A DNA stretch of 64,000 nt. Source: Gemmatimonadota bacterium (GTDB taxonomy: Bacteria; JBHIER01; G020348925). Where the stretch lies: the NCBI GenBank assembly GCA_020348925.1, contig CP070758.1, positions 3,921,688 to 3,985,687 of the forward strand. The letters are read 5' to 3'. The position numbers were made by a program, and so were the translations under genes. Shown here piece after piece: positions 10,322 through 20,402 of the stretch; position 1 is the first letter of the stretch; each line of letters begins with the position of its first letter. The notes below the pieces were generated by a model. The model saw nothing but the letters and a program-made list of their open reading frames with translations. It did no database searches and was not told the DNA's origin.

Positions 10322-10981
10322 ATGCCTTGGCAGAAAGCAGTGCTGATACTCGAAGTCAACTATGATATTCATACGGGAGGTGCTTTCTTTGAAGAGGAGG
10401 AAGGACCTTCTGAGGGAAAACTTTTGGAGGAGTTCTTTCGAATGATGGCCGCTCCGTACAGATTTTTTTCGATCCGCACTCCGGCAGAAATGGGTGTGCT
10501 CATTTCAAGATATCCGGCGAAATATGTTCACATTTCAGCCCATGGGATTGTCGATCAACCCACGGGAAAACTGGGAATCGAATTCCCTTTCAACATGAAA
10601 CACATCGTGTATGAGATGGGGCAGGAGGACGATCTCGTTGAGACAGTGGAGGAGCTCGAGCTGCATCGTCTGTATCGCTATTTAAAGAATCGGGTCGTCT
10701 TCGCTTCAGCCTGTATGCTGGGCAAGGAACAATTTGCCAGAGAATTCGTCGAGAAATCGCAGTGCGAGCTTTTTATCGGGGCGAACTACCGAGCCTATTG
10801 GTACGATCTGGCCGTCTTCTCCCAACTTTTTTATACATCAATTTTCAGGGAAAACAAGAATGCCCTTCAAGCCGTAAAACGGGCCAAAAGGCAATATCCG
10901 AGACTGTTTCGAGGAAAACATTTCATCGAGGTGTGGAAGCCGAAGATCAAGAAACCTGCCAAAAAAACACAGTCACAATGA
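10322..10981 (+). CDS. Hypothetical protein with CHAT/caspase-like His-Cys motifs
   Basis: YVHISAHG and VFASACMLG; stop overlaps next start (ATGA). Confidence 0.6.
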   Translation: MPWQKAVLILEVNYDIHTGGAFFEEEEGPSEGKLLEEFFRMMAAPYRFFSIRTPAEMGVLISRYPAKYVHISAHGIVDQPTGKLGIEFPFNMKHIVYEMGQEDDLVETVEELELHRLYRYLKNRVVFASACMLGKEQFAREFVEKSQCELFIGANYRAYWYDLAVFSQLFYTSIFRENKNALQAVKRAKRQYPRLFRGKHFIEVWKPKIKKPAKKTQSQ

Positions 10982-11526
10982 AGATTGAAATACCTCTCTC
11001 GAAGGCGAATCGACTCATCAATCATGGGCCGACCGTGCTCATCACGAGTCAGTCTGGAGGCAGGCCGAACATAATGACGGCGGCCTGGCAGACGCCGGTC
11101 AGCAAGGATCCCCCTCTGGTTGCAGTCAGTATTGCACCGGGGAGATATTCGCATCAGCTCATAGAAGAGAGTCGTGAATTCGTAGTTAATGTGCCGTCAC
11201 ATGTTCTTCTCAAAGAGGTCCACGGTTGTGGTACGGTGTCAGGCCAGGAAGTTGATAAGTTCAGGAAGTTTGGTTTGACGCCAGAGGATGCAGCTCACGT
11301 CGGAGCGCCACTCATCAAAGAATGCATAGCCCACTTGGAGTGCAGGCTATACGACTCTTTTGGGATTGGGGATCATACCCTATTCGTGGGTCAAGTCCTT
11401 GCGGCTTCGGTGGAGGAGGATCTCTTCGACGATTTCTTAAAAGTTGATGATCCCAGGGCGAAGACGCTTCATCATCTGGGAAGTAACAAGTACACGTGTC
11501 CCGATCAGCGTATTGAAGTAGATTGA
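10978..11526 (+). CDS. Flavin reductase family protein
   Basis: NHGPTVLITS, NIMTAAW, EFVVNVP, CGTVSG..VDKF, APLIKECIAHLEC, GDHTLFVGQV. Confidence 0.92.
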   Translation: MKIEIPLSKANRLINHGPTVLITSQSGGRPNIMTAAWQTPVSKDPPLVAVSIAPGRYSHQLIEESREFVVNVPSHVLLKEVHGCGTVSGQEVDKFRKFGLTPEDAAHVGAPLIKECIAHLECRLYDSFGIGDHTLFVGQVLAASVEEDLFDDFLKVDDPRAKTLHHLGSNKYTCPDQRIEVD

Positions 11527-11569
11527 GGACAATCACTCATTCGTTTATTGACAGCCAAGAAAGAATCAG

Positions 11570-11845
11570 ATGGCCTTTAAAGATCTGAAGGTGACCTGTG
11601 TGAAAGCCGAGGGGGCATGCAGCCGTACCAAGGTTGGTAGTACGTTTTACATCAAGAATGCCCGCCTGGTGATCCCACCGGGGGAGAGTATCTGCATGTT
11701 TGCCCTGGGGAGCCTTTTGCCGCCCCTCACAGGCGCGATCATGAAGACCGAGGAGGGGGAGGGGATGTTGGACCTCCTTGAGGAGTGGCAATGCCCCGAT
11801 CCTTTGGCCAAGGTCATCTTCAAGATAGAAGAGGAAAAATCGTAA
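11570..11845 (+). CDS. TIGR04076-like small Cys protein
   Basis: G.C...KVG..F, IC..AL..LLP, QCPDP...VIFKIE pattern. Confidence 0.75.
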   Translation: MAFKDLKVTCVKAEGACSRTKVGSTFYIKNARLVIPPGESICMFALGSLLPPLTGAIMKTEEGEGMLDLLEEWQCPDPLAKVIFKIEEEKS

Positions 11846-11871
11846 TTCTCTAACCAGGATAATGTATTGAC

Positions 11872-11922
11872 TGTCATTCCTGCGAAGGCAGAGCCTGCCC
11901 CGTATTTATTACGGGGAATCTC
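11872..11922. repeat. REP/RPE-like palindromic element with nested hairpin
   Basis: TGTCATTCCTGCGAAGGCAG...GGAATC interrupted by CCTGCCCCGTA-TTTAT-TACGGGG. Confidence 0.65.
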
Positions 11923-12103
11923 CTCGGTTGATGCAACACACTTTCTTTGAGAAAATTCCGATATTCCGGGAAAAGTCCGGGAAATGTGCCACCGGAATTG
12001 TACAGGCCATGATCGTTTAAACAATAAAAAGAAAACTTTTAGAATAGATTTCGATAGATTTTGTGGGGCCAAGTCAGCATAAGTAAAAGATAATATTTTC
12101 CAA

Positions 12104-13135
12104 CTACTCCAGATGCATATAAAATTCTTTCGGCTGGAGTTCCTGAAAATCCCCTGTTCGTACAAGGTGTTTCCGCATATCAGTACAGAGATGGCATTTT
12201 GAGAAATAGCCGGTGTGTGCCTCCTTGTACCCGTACTCTTTCGAAAAGTTGAAAAGGCCTTGGAGGTCCTCGTTTATTAAGAAGCTCAGTACGGGATGCT
12301 TTTCTGGTTGAATTCCCTCTCTCAGTAATGAGTCAAGATCCCTGCAATCGCCGTACGATATCCCGCCACAATATCCCGGGATATAATTTCCATAATTGTC
12401 GAAGTGGTTATGCCACTGTCGTGCGAACGACGGCACGCAGGGCTCATTGAAGAAGGCAGCGGCAGGATATTTGGGATATGCTCCCTGCAGTCTTTCCTCC
12501 AATGCATAGGCGGCCCGTCCATTCATGAAAAATTCCACATTTCTCATGAACTCCTCTTTCCTCTCGAGCTTGAGATAATCGTCTATGTTCAGTCTTTCTT
12601 GAATTCCCCATTCTTTAAATCGTCTGTAATATTCCGGCTGATAGACCGCCACATTTTGGCCGAAGATTTCGAGACCGATTCGAATGGCACGTTCCGTTCG
12701 TTCAAAGGGTACAAATTCCAGATAGAAGGGGTTGACCGAAATTAATATCCCTCGCATTCCACTTTCTTTGAGGAGTCGCATCTTATTTCTCGTTCCCTTA
12801 TCGTTGGTCGACCAATAACAGTTCGTTTCAACGAATAAGGAGGGAATTCCCAATTCATGTGCCATCTCCGTTGCTTTGAACAGGAGCTCGAAGTTCAGAA
12901 ACGGTTCGCCACCGGTAAAGTGGAGCCCATGATTGAGGCCTATTGATTCAGGGCCGTAAGGAGCCGGTTCTATCGTGCCGGCCAATTGGCTCAAGATCTT
13001 ACCCAGGTTCTCTTCGGACATCCAGTCCGCATTCCATTTCGGAGAACAGGCGTACATGCAGTGCAGACACTCGGCGTTGCATTTGTAGGAGAGAATGAGT
13101 CCACCTGAGATGGGTTTGGGTATACGAAGAATCAT
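12104..13135 (-). CDS. Radical SAM protein
   Basis: CNAECLHC (CxxxCxxC), HFTGGEPFL, FVETN, C-terminal Cys cluster (YCGG, SKCHLC). Confidence 0.9.
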   Translation of the reverse strand: MILRIPKPISGGLILSYKCNAECLHCMYACSPKWNADWMSEENLGKILSQLAGTIEPAPYGPESIGLNHGLHFTGGEPFLNFELLFKATEMAHELGIPSLFVETNCYWSTNDKGTRNKMRLLKESGMRGILISVNPFYLEFVPFERTERAIRIGLEIFGQNVAVYQPEYYRRFKEWGIQERLNIDDYLKLERKEEFMRNVEFFMNGRAAYALEERLQGAYPKYPAAAFFNEPCVPSFARQWHNHFDNYGNYIPGYCGGISYGDCRDLDSLLREGIQPEKHPVLSFLINEDLQGLFNFSKEYGYKEAHTGYFSKCHLCTDMRKHLVRTGDFQELQPKEFYMHLE

Positions 13136-13447
13136 CTCATATCCTTACTATCACCGGGTACAATATTCTACATTCTATGTTTAGGTCATATTTTTAAACT
13201 ATCCCTTTCAAGGATTGTTTACAGAGTCATCGTTGAAGAGGAATCCGGATATCTTTCAAAAAGTGCGCCGATGAGATCGAAAAAATTTTTGATACTGTCA
13301 GTAGTGAGCTTCTCAAGTTCCATTGGGTCTTTCGAGGCAGAGGATTCTCCATCACATGAAAAATAAACAACAGGTGTGCAACCGCTATCAGAAACATCGT
13401 ACGATTGAAAAACATAATATCCATCTTATGAGAATCAAGGAACGTCT

Positions 13448-14728
13448 TTAATGTTTGAGAATTCTTTCTGTCCATTGAGAAATCCGCACCTTATTTTGCA
13501 GCCATCGAAACATTTCTTCTGCCCCGGCCCCGGCAAAGGGGATGATCCCTATTTTCATCATGGCTTGATGCCGGGGGAGAGCGAAAAATACAACGGCTAT
13601 GACTGTGGAGTGGGCGAGAAATAAGTATGCGAAGCGATGTTTGGACCACGATTTTGTCTTTAAGGTGCCTCCAAGAAAGAGCAGCACCAGAGCGATGCTG
13701 GGTATACTGTACACCAAATTGGATGTCCGGGGTTCGTCGGGGTTGAAGAGCCAGAGATGGAAGATTTTTACAGGAATGTTTTGCAGCTCCCTGACAGGCC
13801 GTGCTTTTATCGACTCGATGGCGTGTCCAAAATATGCATCGTTCATTTTTAATTCATACGATTCCCCCGGCTCGAAGTTTTTTATCTCGCGTTCGACGCT
13901 CGGATCGTCCCAGTTCCCAATGGAGTACGGATTGTGCCCCCGATAAAAATTGAGGCCAAAGTTCGTCGTGAGAGGGACGAAACTTCGATTGAAGGTGCTC
14001 GCGTTTCTGAGGTGCCAGGGCAGGAGAAGAAGGACGATCACACTTGCCACAACGAAAAAAGGTTTCATTTTTCGACGGTTGAGAAAAGAGATGAGAATAA
14101 ATCCGGCGTAGAGTAGAAATTCCGACCGAAAATAGACGGTTATGGTTATTAAGAGTCCAAGGCCGATCAGTGTTTTTGTGCGCAACAGGGATTTTTTTTC
14201 GTACAAGAAAATGAGGAGTGAAATTACCGCCACATGATAGAATATGGTCGGAGTGTAGGAAACCGTTGCATAGATGAAATCAGGGGAAAGCGCTATGAAG
14301 GCTGAGGAGATTATGGCCGAAATTTCCGAAAAATACCGTTTTGTAAAAGTGTACGCAATAATAATACAAAACACTCCAAGAGCAATCTGGCCGAAAAGAA
14401 TGAGACAATTTCTAACCACAATATTCTCGACAGTCAAAAACGGAAGTAAGTAGACGACGTATCCGGGAGGCATGAAGGCCGAAGGTTGCGGTTGAGCGGA
14501 TTCATCGAAAAGAAATTCGTAGTGATCACCATCCCAGTTAAATAACGAATAGCCCTTACCGGAATATAGATTTTTCGCAATCTCCCCATACTCCCAGTAG
14601 TAGTCGCTCTGAAGATCCAGGAAAAGGAGGCAGAATAGAATACGTGCAATGACGGCAATGGTGCAAATTATAATCAACCACCATCGAGAGCGAAAGGTTC
14701 TTCTTTGATGAATACCGAACGTTGACAT
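13448..14728 (-). CDS. GT-C fold (ArnT/PMT, GT39-like) membrane glycosyltransferase
   Basis: Multi-TM; EY..IAKNL..GKGY, AFMPPGY, PW.LRN, GLNFYRGHN motifs. Confidence 0.8.
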   Translation of the reverse strand: MSTFGIHQRRTFRSRWWLIIICTIAVIARILFCLLFLDLQSDYYWEYGEIAKNLYSGKGYSLFNWDGDHYEFLFDESAQPQPSAFMPPGYVVYLLPFLTVENIVVRNCLILFGQIALGVFCIIIAYTFTKRYFSEISAIISSAFIALSPDFIYATVSYTPTIFYHVAVISLLIFLYEKKSLLRTKTLIGLGLLITITVYFRSEFLLYAGFILISFLNRRKMKPFFVVASVIVLLLLPWHLRNASTFNRSFVPLTTNFGLNFYRGHNPYSIGNWDDPSVEREIKNFEPGESYELKMNDAYFGHAIESIKARPVRELQNIPVKIFHLWLFNPDEPRTSNLVYSIPSIALVLLFLGGTLKTKSWSKHRFAYLFLAHSTVIAVVFFALPRHQAMMKIGIIPFAGAGAEEMFRWLQNKVRISQWTERILKH

Positions 14729-14729
14729 T

Positions 14730-15899
14730 TCAGTTTCGTTCCGACCCCAAGTTTGGATGTGTACCGACTATACGGTGGTACATCTCCGGATCCGTAGCCC
14801 CTTCCGTGGAGATGAGGAGGATTCTGGTGGATTCAGTGATACCCAATTTCTCTCGGATGGAGCCAGTCGTATCATGTTCCGACAGCTCCAGGTATCCGGC
14901 CAGTCCGGCGGCGCCCGACTCCCCGGAAATGATCCCGTCTTCAGCAAGAAGCCGCATGGCTTCGAACGCTCGTTCGTCGTCAACAGCGACGAAAACGTCG
15001 ATCCCATCGCGGATGAGTGGCCAGGCTATGATTGACAGAGTCCCACAATTTAATCCGGCCATGACTGATGTCTGTGGACCGGGGATCGAGACCATGTGGC
15101 CTGCCTTGACCGACTCGAAGGCACAGGCCGCCCTTTCCGGCTCGACCCCGACGATTCGAGGAGCCGGCGAGCTTCCTTGGCCACGGTAGAACTGGACGAC
15201 TGCTGCCGCAAGACTGCCCACCCCGATTTGCACGACGATGACATCAGGTTCGGGTTTCTTCAGGGCCTTTAATTGTTCATGTACTTCCCAGAACATGGTC
15301 GAGTAGCCTTCCACAATCCACCGAGGTATTGTTTCATAGCCCGGCCAGGCTGTGTCCTGAATGAGCCACGTGTTTCGATCTTGTTCGTTGGCAGCCGCTT
15401 TTACCGCTTCATCGTAATCACCTTCAACAACGATCACTTCAGCACCCTCTGATTCGATAGCATTAATGCGGGCCTGGACCGTACCCCTGGGCACAAAGAT
15501 CTTCGAGTGTAACCAAAACAACCGGGCAACCCGGGCCACTCCCCGTCCATGATTTCCGTCGGTAGCCGTTACAAGTGTCAGGGGACGGAGCGATGTGAGC
15601 TTTTCTCTCAATTGCTCGATGGTATCCCATGGTTCGAGTTCAAAGCTTGTGCGTTCCATGAGTGTCCGGTAGAATGCATAGGAGGCGCCCAAGATCTTGA
15701 ATGCCGGGAGCCCAAGTCGGTTTGACTCGTCTTTCACCCACACGCGAGCAACTCCGAGTCTCTGGGCGAGCTTTCGAGCAAAGATGAGGGGCGTCACGTT
15801 GTAGTCAGGCAGTCGTCGATGGAATTCTAACGGTCCCTGTCCGGGAATGGAGGCATTTCCATGTATCCTGACACTCTTGTTGTGGTATAACTTTCCCAT
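14730..15899 (-). CDS. dpaL: Diaminopropionate ammonia-lyase (PLP)
   Basis: KDESNRLGLPAFKILGASYA, ATDGNHGRGVA, QDTAWPGYE, MAGLNCG, SGESGAAG, STEGATDP. Confidence 0.92.
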   Translation of the reverse strand: MGKLYHNKSVRIHGNASIPGQGPLEFHRRLPDYNVTPLIFARKLAQRLGVARVWVKDESNRLGLPAFKILGASYAFYRTLMERTSFELEPWDTIEQLREKLTSLRPLTLVTATDGNHGRGVARVARLFWLHSKIFVPRGTVQARINAIESEGAEVIVVEGDYDEAVKAAANEQDRNTWLIQDTAWPGYETIPRWIVEGYSTMFWEVHEQLKALKKPEPDVIVVQIGVGSLAAAVVQFYRGQGSSPAPRIVGVEPERAACAFESVKAGHMVSIPGPQTSVMAGLNCGTLSIIAWPLIRDGIDVFVAVDDERAFEAMRLLAEDGIISGESGAAGLAGYLELSEHDTTGSIREKLGITESTRILLISTEGATDPEMYHRIVGTHPNLGSERN

Positions 15900-15981
15900 G
15901 ATTCAGTCGAGGGCGACAGTAAAAATGAGACGTGTTCAAAAATTGTACCGTTCAAATCTTTCATCATGATATCTTGAATAG

Positions 15982-16010
15982 ATAATAACCGCTCTGACGC
16001 TGTTTGTCAA
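15982..16010 (-). promoter_or_regulatory. Putative sigma70 promoter for dpaL
   Basis: TTGACA-N17-TATTAT on the minus strand. Confidence 0.6.
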
Positions 16011-16133
16011 CGCTTTTGTTACTTCAAGGGTCGTCAGGGTGTCTCTCCTGTTGCTCCAGGAATTTTTGAACGATTGCGAACGCGGTGCCTTGGGAAGAGT
16101 AACTTTCAATTTCTGATAAACTTACCTTTTCTG

Positions 16134-16162
16134 TTGACAAAAAAGACGAATTTGTGTATCTT
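16134..16162 (+). promoter_or_regulatory. Putative sigma70 promoter for the M16 peptidase pair
   Basis: TTGACA-N17-TATCTT. Confidence 0.6.
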
Positions 16163-16267
16163 AAGACAACCTCAAAAACGGAAAGAATATGATGCTTCTT
16201 TGTATGCATAACATAGCTTTGTACATATTTTTGTAAATGGGATACCGCATAGAAATGACACACGCAG

Positions 16268-16355
16268 TGTCATTGAGAAGAGGGTCGTGCTTCGCACGGC
16301 TGGGAGAGGCAATTTTTTTGTTGGCGAGAGATTGCTTCGCTTCGCTCGCATGACA
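16268..16355. repeat. Degenerate GTCATT...ATGAC palindromic element
   Basis: TGTCATTGAGAAG...GGCAATTT...GAGATTGCTTCGCTTCGCTCGCATGACA. Confidence 0.6.
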
Positions 16356-16506
16356 GATAGGCTGAAAAGAGAGAAAGCCAGGCGGAGATTATTCCTCCCT
16401 TGGTGCGGGATTCGCAATGAGAGTTGCACGAAAGGAGGTGAGATTGGTTCCATTGAGTATCATATGTACGAACTCAAAAAACGTTTTCATGAAAGGAGTG
16501 GGTCTC

Positions 16507-18018
16507 ATGTTCTGTTCGAAACGAAAATACGTGTCTATCATTCTCTGTGGTTTCATTCTGTTGGGTCTTGCAGGATTATGCTTCGCTCAGGGCTTCAAGG
16601 AGATTGAAAAAGATTGCCATGAGTATGTCCTGAGCAATGGCATGAAATTCATCGTACTGGAGCGGGAGGATGTCCCGGTGGTCTCTTTCCACACATATGC
16701 TGACGTGGGCAGTGCCAACGAATCATACGGAATCACCGGTATATCTCATTTCCTGGAGCACATGGCATTCAAAGGGACCAAGGTCGTCGGCACGACAAAC
16801 TATGAGGCCGAGTTCGAGCTGAGGAAAGAGCTCGACCAAATTTTTGACGAGCTTGTTCACGAGAAGGGACGTATCCAGCCTGATTCTGTTAGGATTGCCG
16901 AACTTGATACCCTCTTTGAGAAGACGAGAAAAAAGGCGGACGAATATGTCGTGAACAACGAATTTTTTGACATGATACGACGTGAGGGCGGCTCCGGTGT
17001 GAACGCCTATACGAGTAACGATGCGACACAGTATATTGTCAGCCTCCCTGCCAATAAGCTTGAGTTCTGGATGGCCATGGAATCGGATCGATTCCTCAAT
17101 CCGACTTTTCGAGAGTTCTATAAGGAAAAAGATGTCGTGATGGAGGAGAGACGATTGGGCATAGAAACGAGGCCAACGGGAAAGTTGATCGAAGATTTTT
17201 TTGCCATGGCATTCAAAGCTCATCCGTATCATCACTCGGTCATCGGCCACATGTCCGACCTGAGACGGATCACCCGGGAAGATATGCGTAACTACTTCCG
17301 CACGTATTACGGTCCGAGCAATCTCACGGCAGCCGTTGTCGGAGATGTGGACGCTGATGGGGTCTTCAAAATGGCCGAGACCTATTTTGGTCGGATTCCG
17401 ACTGAACCCAAACCTGAGACAGTTCGAACTCTTGAGCCCGAACAGTGGGGAGAGCGGCGGGTGACTGTGGAGGCCATGGCCCAGCCGCTTCTGGTTGTTG
17501 GGTATCATCGGCCGAACGTCCGAGACAAGGATGATCTCGTCTTCGATGCCATGGCCAACATCTTGGGTCAGGGGCGCTCTTCACGTTTGTACACCGTTTT
17601 GGTGAAGGAGAAAAAAATCGCAGCGGCGGTCGGGGCAATGAGCGCTTGGCCCGGTAATAAGTATGACTGTCTCTTCGCAGTCTATGCAGTGCCGGCCAAG
17701 GATCATACTTCCGAGGAATGTTTAGCTGTTATCGACGATGAAATTGAGAAACTCAAGGCGGAGCTGGCTTCTGAAGATGAGATGAGCAAGTATAAACGAA
17801 GCACCAAGAAGGGTCTGATCGATGGAATGAAGTCAAACAGCAGTATGGCCCGAATGTTGACGAACTATGATATCCTTTCAGGGAGCTGGAGGAATCTGTT
17901 TGGTGAGATCGACCGCGTCGAGGCGGTATCGGCCGGCGATATCCAGCGGATCGCACAGGCATATCTTGTGAAAAAGAACCGCACTATCGGTGAGATCATT
18001 CCTGAAGATGAGGGATAA
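16507..18018 (+). CDS. Secreted M16 (pitrilysin) zinc peptidase, catalytic subunit
   Basis: Signal peptide; HFLEHMAFKGT inverted zincin motif; NAYTSND; ESDR; EKDVVMEERR; HPY; AGGAG RBS before ATG 16507. Confidence 0.93.
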   Translation: MFCSKRKYVSIILCGFILLGLAGLCFAQGFKEIEKDCHEYVLSNGMKFIVLEREDVPVVSFHTYADVGSANESYGITGISHFLEHMAFKGTKVVGTTNYEAEFELRKELDQIFDELVHEKGRIQPDSVRIAELDTLFEKTRKKADEYVVNNEFFDMIRREGGSGVNAYTSNDATQYIVSLPANKLEFWMAMESDRFLNPTFREFYKEKDVVMEERRLGIETRPTGKLIEDFFAMAFKAHPYHHSVIGHMSDLRRITREDMRNYFRTYYGPSNLTAAVVGDVDADGVFKMAETYFGRIPTEPKPETVRTLEPEQWGERRVTVEAMAQPLLVVGYHRPNVRDKDDLVFDAMANILGQGRSSRLYTVLVKEKKIAAAVGAMSAWPGNKYDCLFAVYAVPAKDHTSEECLAVIDDEIEKLKAELASEDEMSKYKRSTKKGLIDGMKSNSSMARMLTNYDILSGSWRNLFGEIDRVEAVSAGDIQRIAQAYLVKKNRTIGEIIPEDEG

Positions 18019-18057
18019 CGGAGAATGGAAACCATTTTGAAGTTAAGGAGTCGAGCC

Positions 18058-20184
18058 ATGAGAAAATATTGGAGATTTTTTCGACCAGTTGGGTTGCTCC
18101 TTCTGGTTGTTTTGTTCACAGCCGGGTTCGCTGATGCCCAGAAGGGTCCCAAGGATAAGTTCGAGTATCCATCTCTGAGCAAAATAGAGATGCCGGATGT
18201 GAAGGAGGAGACTCTTGAGAATGGTATGAAACTCTTCTTGGTCGAAGACCATCAGTACCCAACTGTGGATTTACGAGCCATGATCCGCACGGGATCGATC
18301 TACGAGCCGGCGGACAAAATCGGATTGGCATCAATTGTCGGTATGGTCCTCCGGACAGGTGGTACTGAGACGATGACGGGGGATGAGATCGACGAGCTTT
18401 TGGAGAGTATGGGAGCATCCGTTGAGACCAGCATCGGGGAAGGTTCGGGATACGTGTACGTGTCTGTCCTCAAGGAGGATATTGAGAAAGGACTGGAAAT
18501 CCTGGCAGATCTCTTGATGCATCCGGCTTTTCCCGAGGATAAAATAGACCTGGCCAAGATGCAGCATCGGACCGGTATTTCGCGGCGGAACGACGACATT
18601 GGCTCGATCAGTTATCGGGAGTTCGACAAGATCATTTACGGAGCTGAAAGCCCGTACGCTCGTCACACGGAATATGCAACAATCGAGGCGATCACCAGGG
18701 ATGATATGGTGGCTTTCTATGAGAGGTACTTTCATCCCAACAACGTTATCTTCGCGGCGTGGGGTGACTTCAAAGCCAAAGAGATCAAGGCAAAGATCGA
18801 AAACGCCTTTACCGGATGGGCACCGGCGGTCATTGAATTTCCTCCCAAGCCTCAGGTGGAGTATGAATACAAATTTTCAGTGAATTTCATCGAGAAACCC
18901 GATGTGAATCAGTCCTGGATCCTGATGGGCCACATCGGCGGATTGAAAAGCAGTCCTCACTACCCGGCATTAATCGTTATGAATCAGATTCTCTCGTTCG
19001 ATCGTCTTTTTAAACGAATTCGGTCAGCGGAGGGATTGGCCTATCATGTGGGTGGAGCTTACGGTGCAGACTTTGATCATCCGGGTGTTTTCTATTCCAT
19101 CTGTCAGACGAAGTCGCAGTCCACGGTGTATGCCATCGGGATTATGCTGGAGGAGATCGAGCGAATCACCGAGGAGGAAGTGACTGACGCAGAGCTGGCC
19201 AAGGCCAAGGACAGTTATCTCAACAGTTTCGTCTTCAATTTTGACTCGAAGGCCGAGATCGTCTCTCGCCTCATGCAGTATGCTTATTACGAGTATGCCT
19301 CCGACTTCATCAACCGGACCAAGATGGGGGTGGAGAATGTGACCAAGAGCGATGTGCTGCAGGCCGCCAAGGAGAATCTCCGTCCTGATAAGCTCCAGAT
19401 TTTGGTGGTAGGGAAACCCGAAGATTTCGACGAGCCGCTCTCAGTGCTGGGTGCGGTGCATGAGATCGACATCACAATTCCGACACCGGAGGAGGAAGCT
19501 CCTGAAGCCACTCCTGAAAGCTTGGAGAAGGGGAGAGCATTGCTGGCTGAGGCGGTGGAGGCCATGGGAGGTTTGAACGCGTTTCAGGCCATTGCCAATA
19601 TGAAGTTTGAAAGCAAGATAACGATTTTCATACCTCAAGGCGGGACGATGGAGGCCACGGCCAGGGAGATGACGGTTTATCCGGACAAAAACAGGACTGA
19701 GATCTCCCTGCCCTTTGGGCAAATGATCCAGGTGTTGCGCGGCGACCAGGCCTGGGCCACCGGTCCTCAGGGCACTCAGGATCTGGACGAGTCACAAAGG
19801 AAGGACATGGAAAAAAGTTTGTTCCGGGATATGGTCTTGCTTTTTCAAAGAAGCGGAGACACTGCCCTCGTTGTTCAATCGTTAGGAGAAACGGAGGTTG
19901 CAGGGAAAACGGCGGAGGAAATTCTGATAAAGGACGAAGAGGGGAATTCAGTAAAAATGTACCTCGATAAGGAAACGCATCTCGTCGTCAAGAGAGACTA
20001 TCAAGGGACCACGATGAGGGGTGCAGCGAGTATGGAGGAATCGCTCACGGACTACCGAGAGGTTGACGGGATTAAGATTCCTTTTCGCAGTGACATCAAG
20101 GCCGATGGGGAACCGTACATCAGTGTTGAGGTGCAGGAGATGCTCATTAATACGGAGATAGATCCGGCTCTGTTTGAAAAGTGA
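18058..20184 (+). CDS. Secreted M16 family non-catalytic subunit with C-terminal LolA-like domain
   Basis: Signal peptide; LENGMK; GLAS in place of HxxEH; RLFKRIRS.EGLAY; extra C-terminal ~220 aa (AMGG...DYREVDGIKIPF...IDPALF). Confidence 0.87.
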   Translation: MRKYWRFFRPVGLLLLVVLFTAGFADAQKGPKDKFEYPSLSKIEMPDVKEETLENGMKLFLVEDHQYPTVDLRAMIRTGSIYEPADKIGLASIVGMVLRTGGTETMTGDEIDELLESMGASVETSIGEGSGYVYVSVLKEDIEKGLEILADLLMHPAFPEDKIDLAKMQHRTGISRRNDDIGSISYREFDKIIYGAESPYARHTEYATIEAITRDDMVAFYERYFHPNNVIFAAWGDFKAKEIKAKIENAFTGWAPAVIEFPPKPQVEYEYKFSVNFIEKPDVNQSWILMGHIGGLKSSPHYPALIVMNQILSFDRLFKRIRSAEGLAYHVGGAYGADFDHPGVFYSICQTKSQSTVYAIGIMLEEIERITEEEVTDAELAKAKDSYLNSFVFNFDSKAEIVSRLMQYAYYEYASDFINRTKMGVENVTKSDVLQAAKENLRPDKLQILVVGKPEDFDEPLSVLGAVHEIDITIPTPEEEAPEATPESLEKGRALLAEAVEAMGGLNAFQAIANMKFESKITIFIPQGGTMEATAREMTVYPDKNRTEISLPFGQMIQVLRGDQAWATGPQGTQDLDESQRKDMEKSLFRDMVLLFQRSGDTALVVQSLGETEVAGKTAEEILIKDEEGNSVKMYLDKETHLVVKRDYQGTTMRGAASMEESLTDYREVDGIKIPFRSDIKADGEPYISVEVQEMLINTEIDPALFEK

Positions 20185-20231
20185 TTCGTGATCGAGTCCA
20201 GTTTCGCGTTCCGAGAGTGCGATCGAACCTT

Positions 20232-20271
20232 AAAAAGAGGGGGCGCATGGGTGTGCGCCCCCCTCTTTTTT
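20232..20271 (+). terminator. Rho-independent terminator, probably bidirectional
   Basis: AAAAAGAGGGGGCGCA-loop-TGCGCCCCCCTCTTTTTT. Confidence 0.85.
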
Positions 20272-20402
20272 CCGAGAAAAACATAACGGGATACGTGTGA
20301 GATAGTCTCTGTTGAGATTGTCCTTGAAATTATCCGGAGAATGGTATTATATTAATACCTTCGAATCGCCGCGGTACGTTAACTATAACACAGGGTTTCA
20401 CT

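Noticed and set aside
10762-10977. N-terminal extension of the flavin reductase ORF
   Set aside because: Overlaps the CHAT-like gene; the family match begins at ATG 10978, which overlaps the upstream stop
13135-13448. Short ORFs in the spacer between the radical SAM and GT-C genes
   Set aside because: No RBS or motif recognised; cannot be supported as genes
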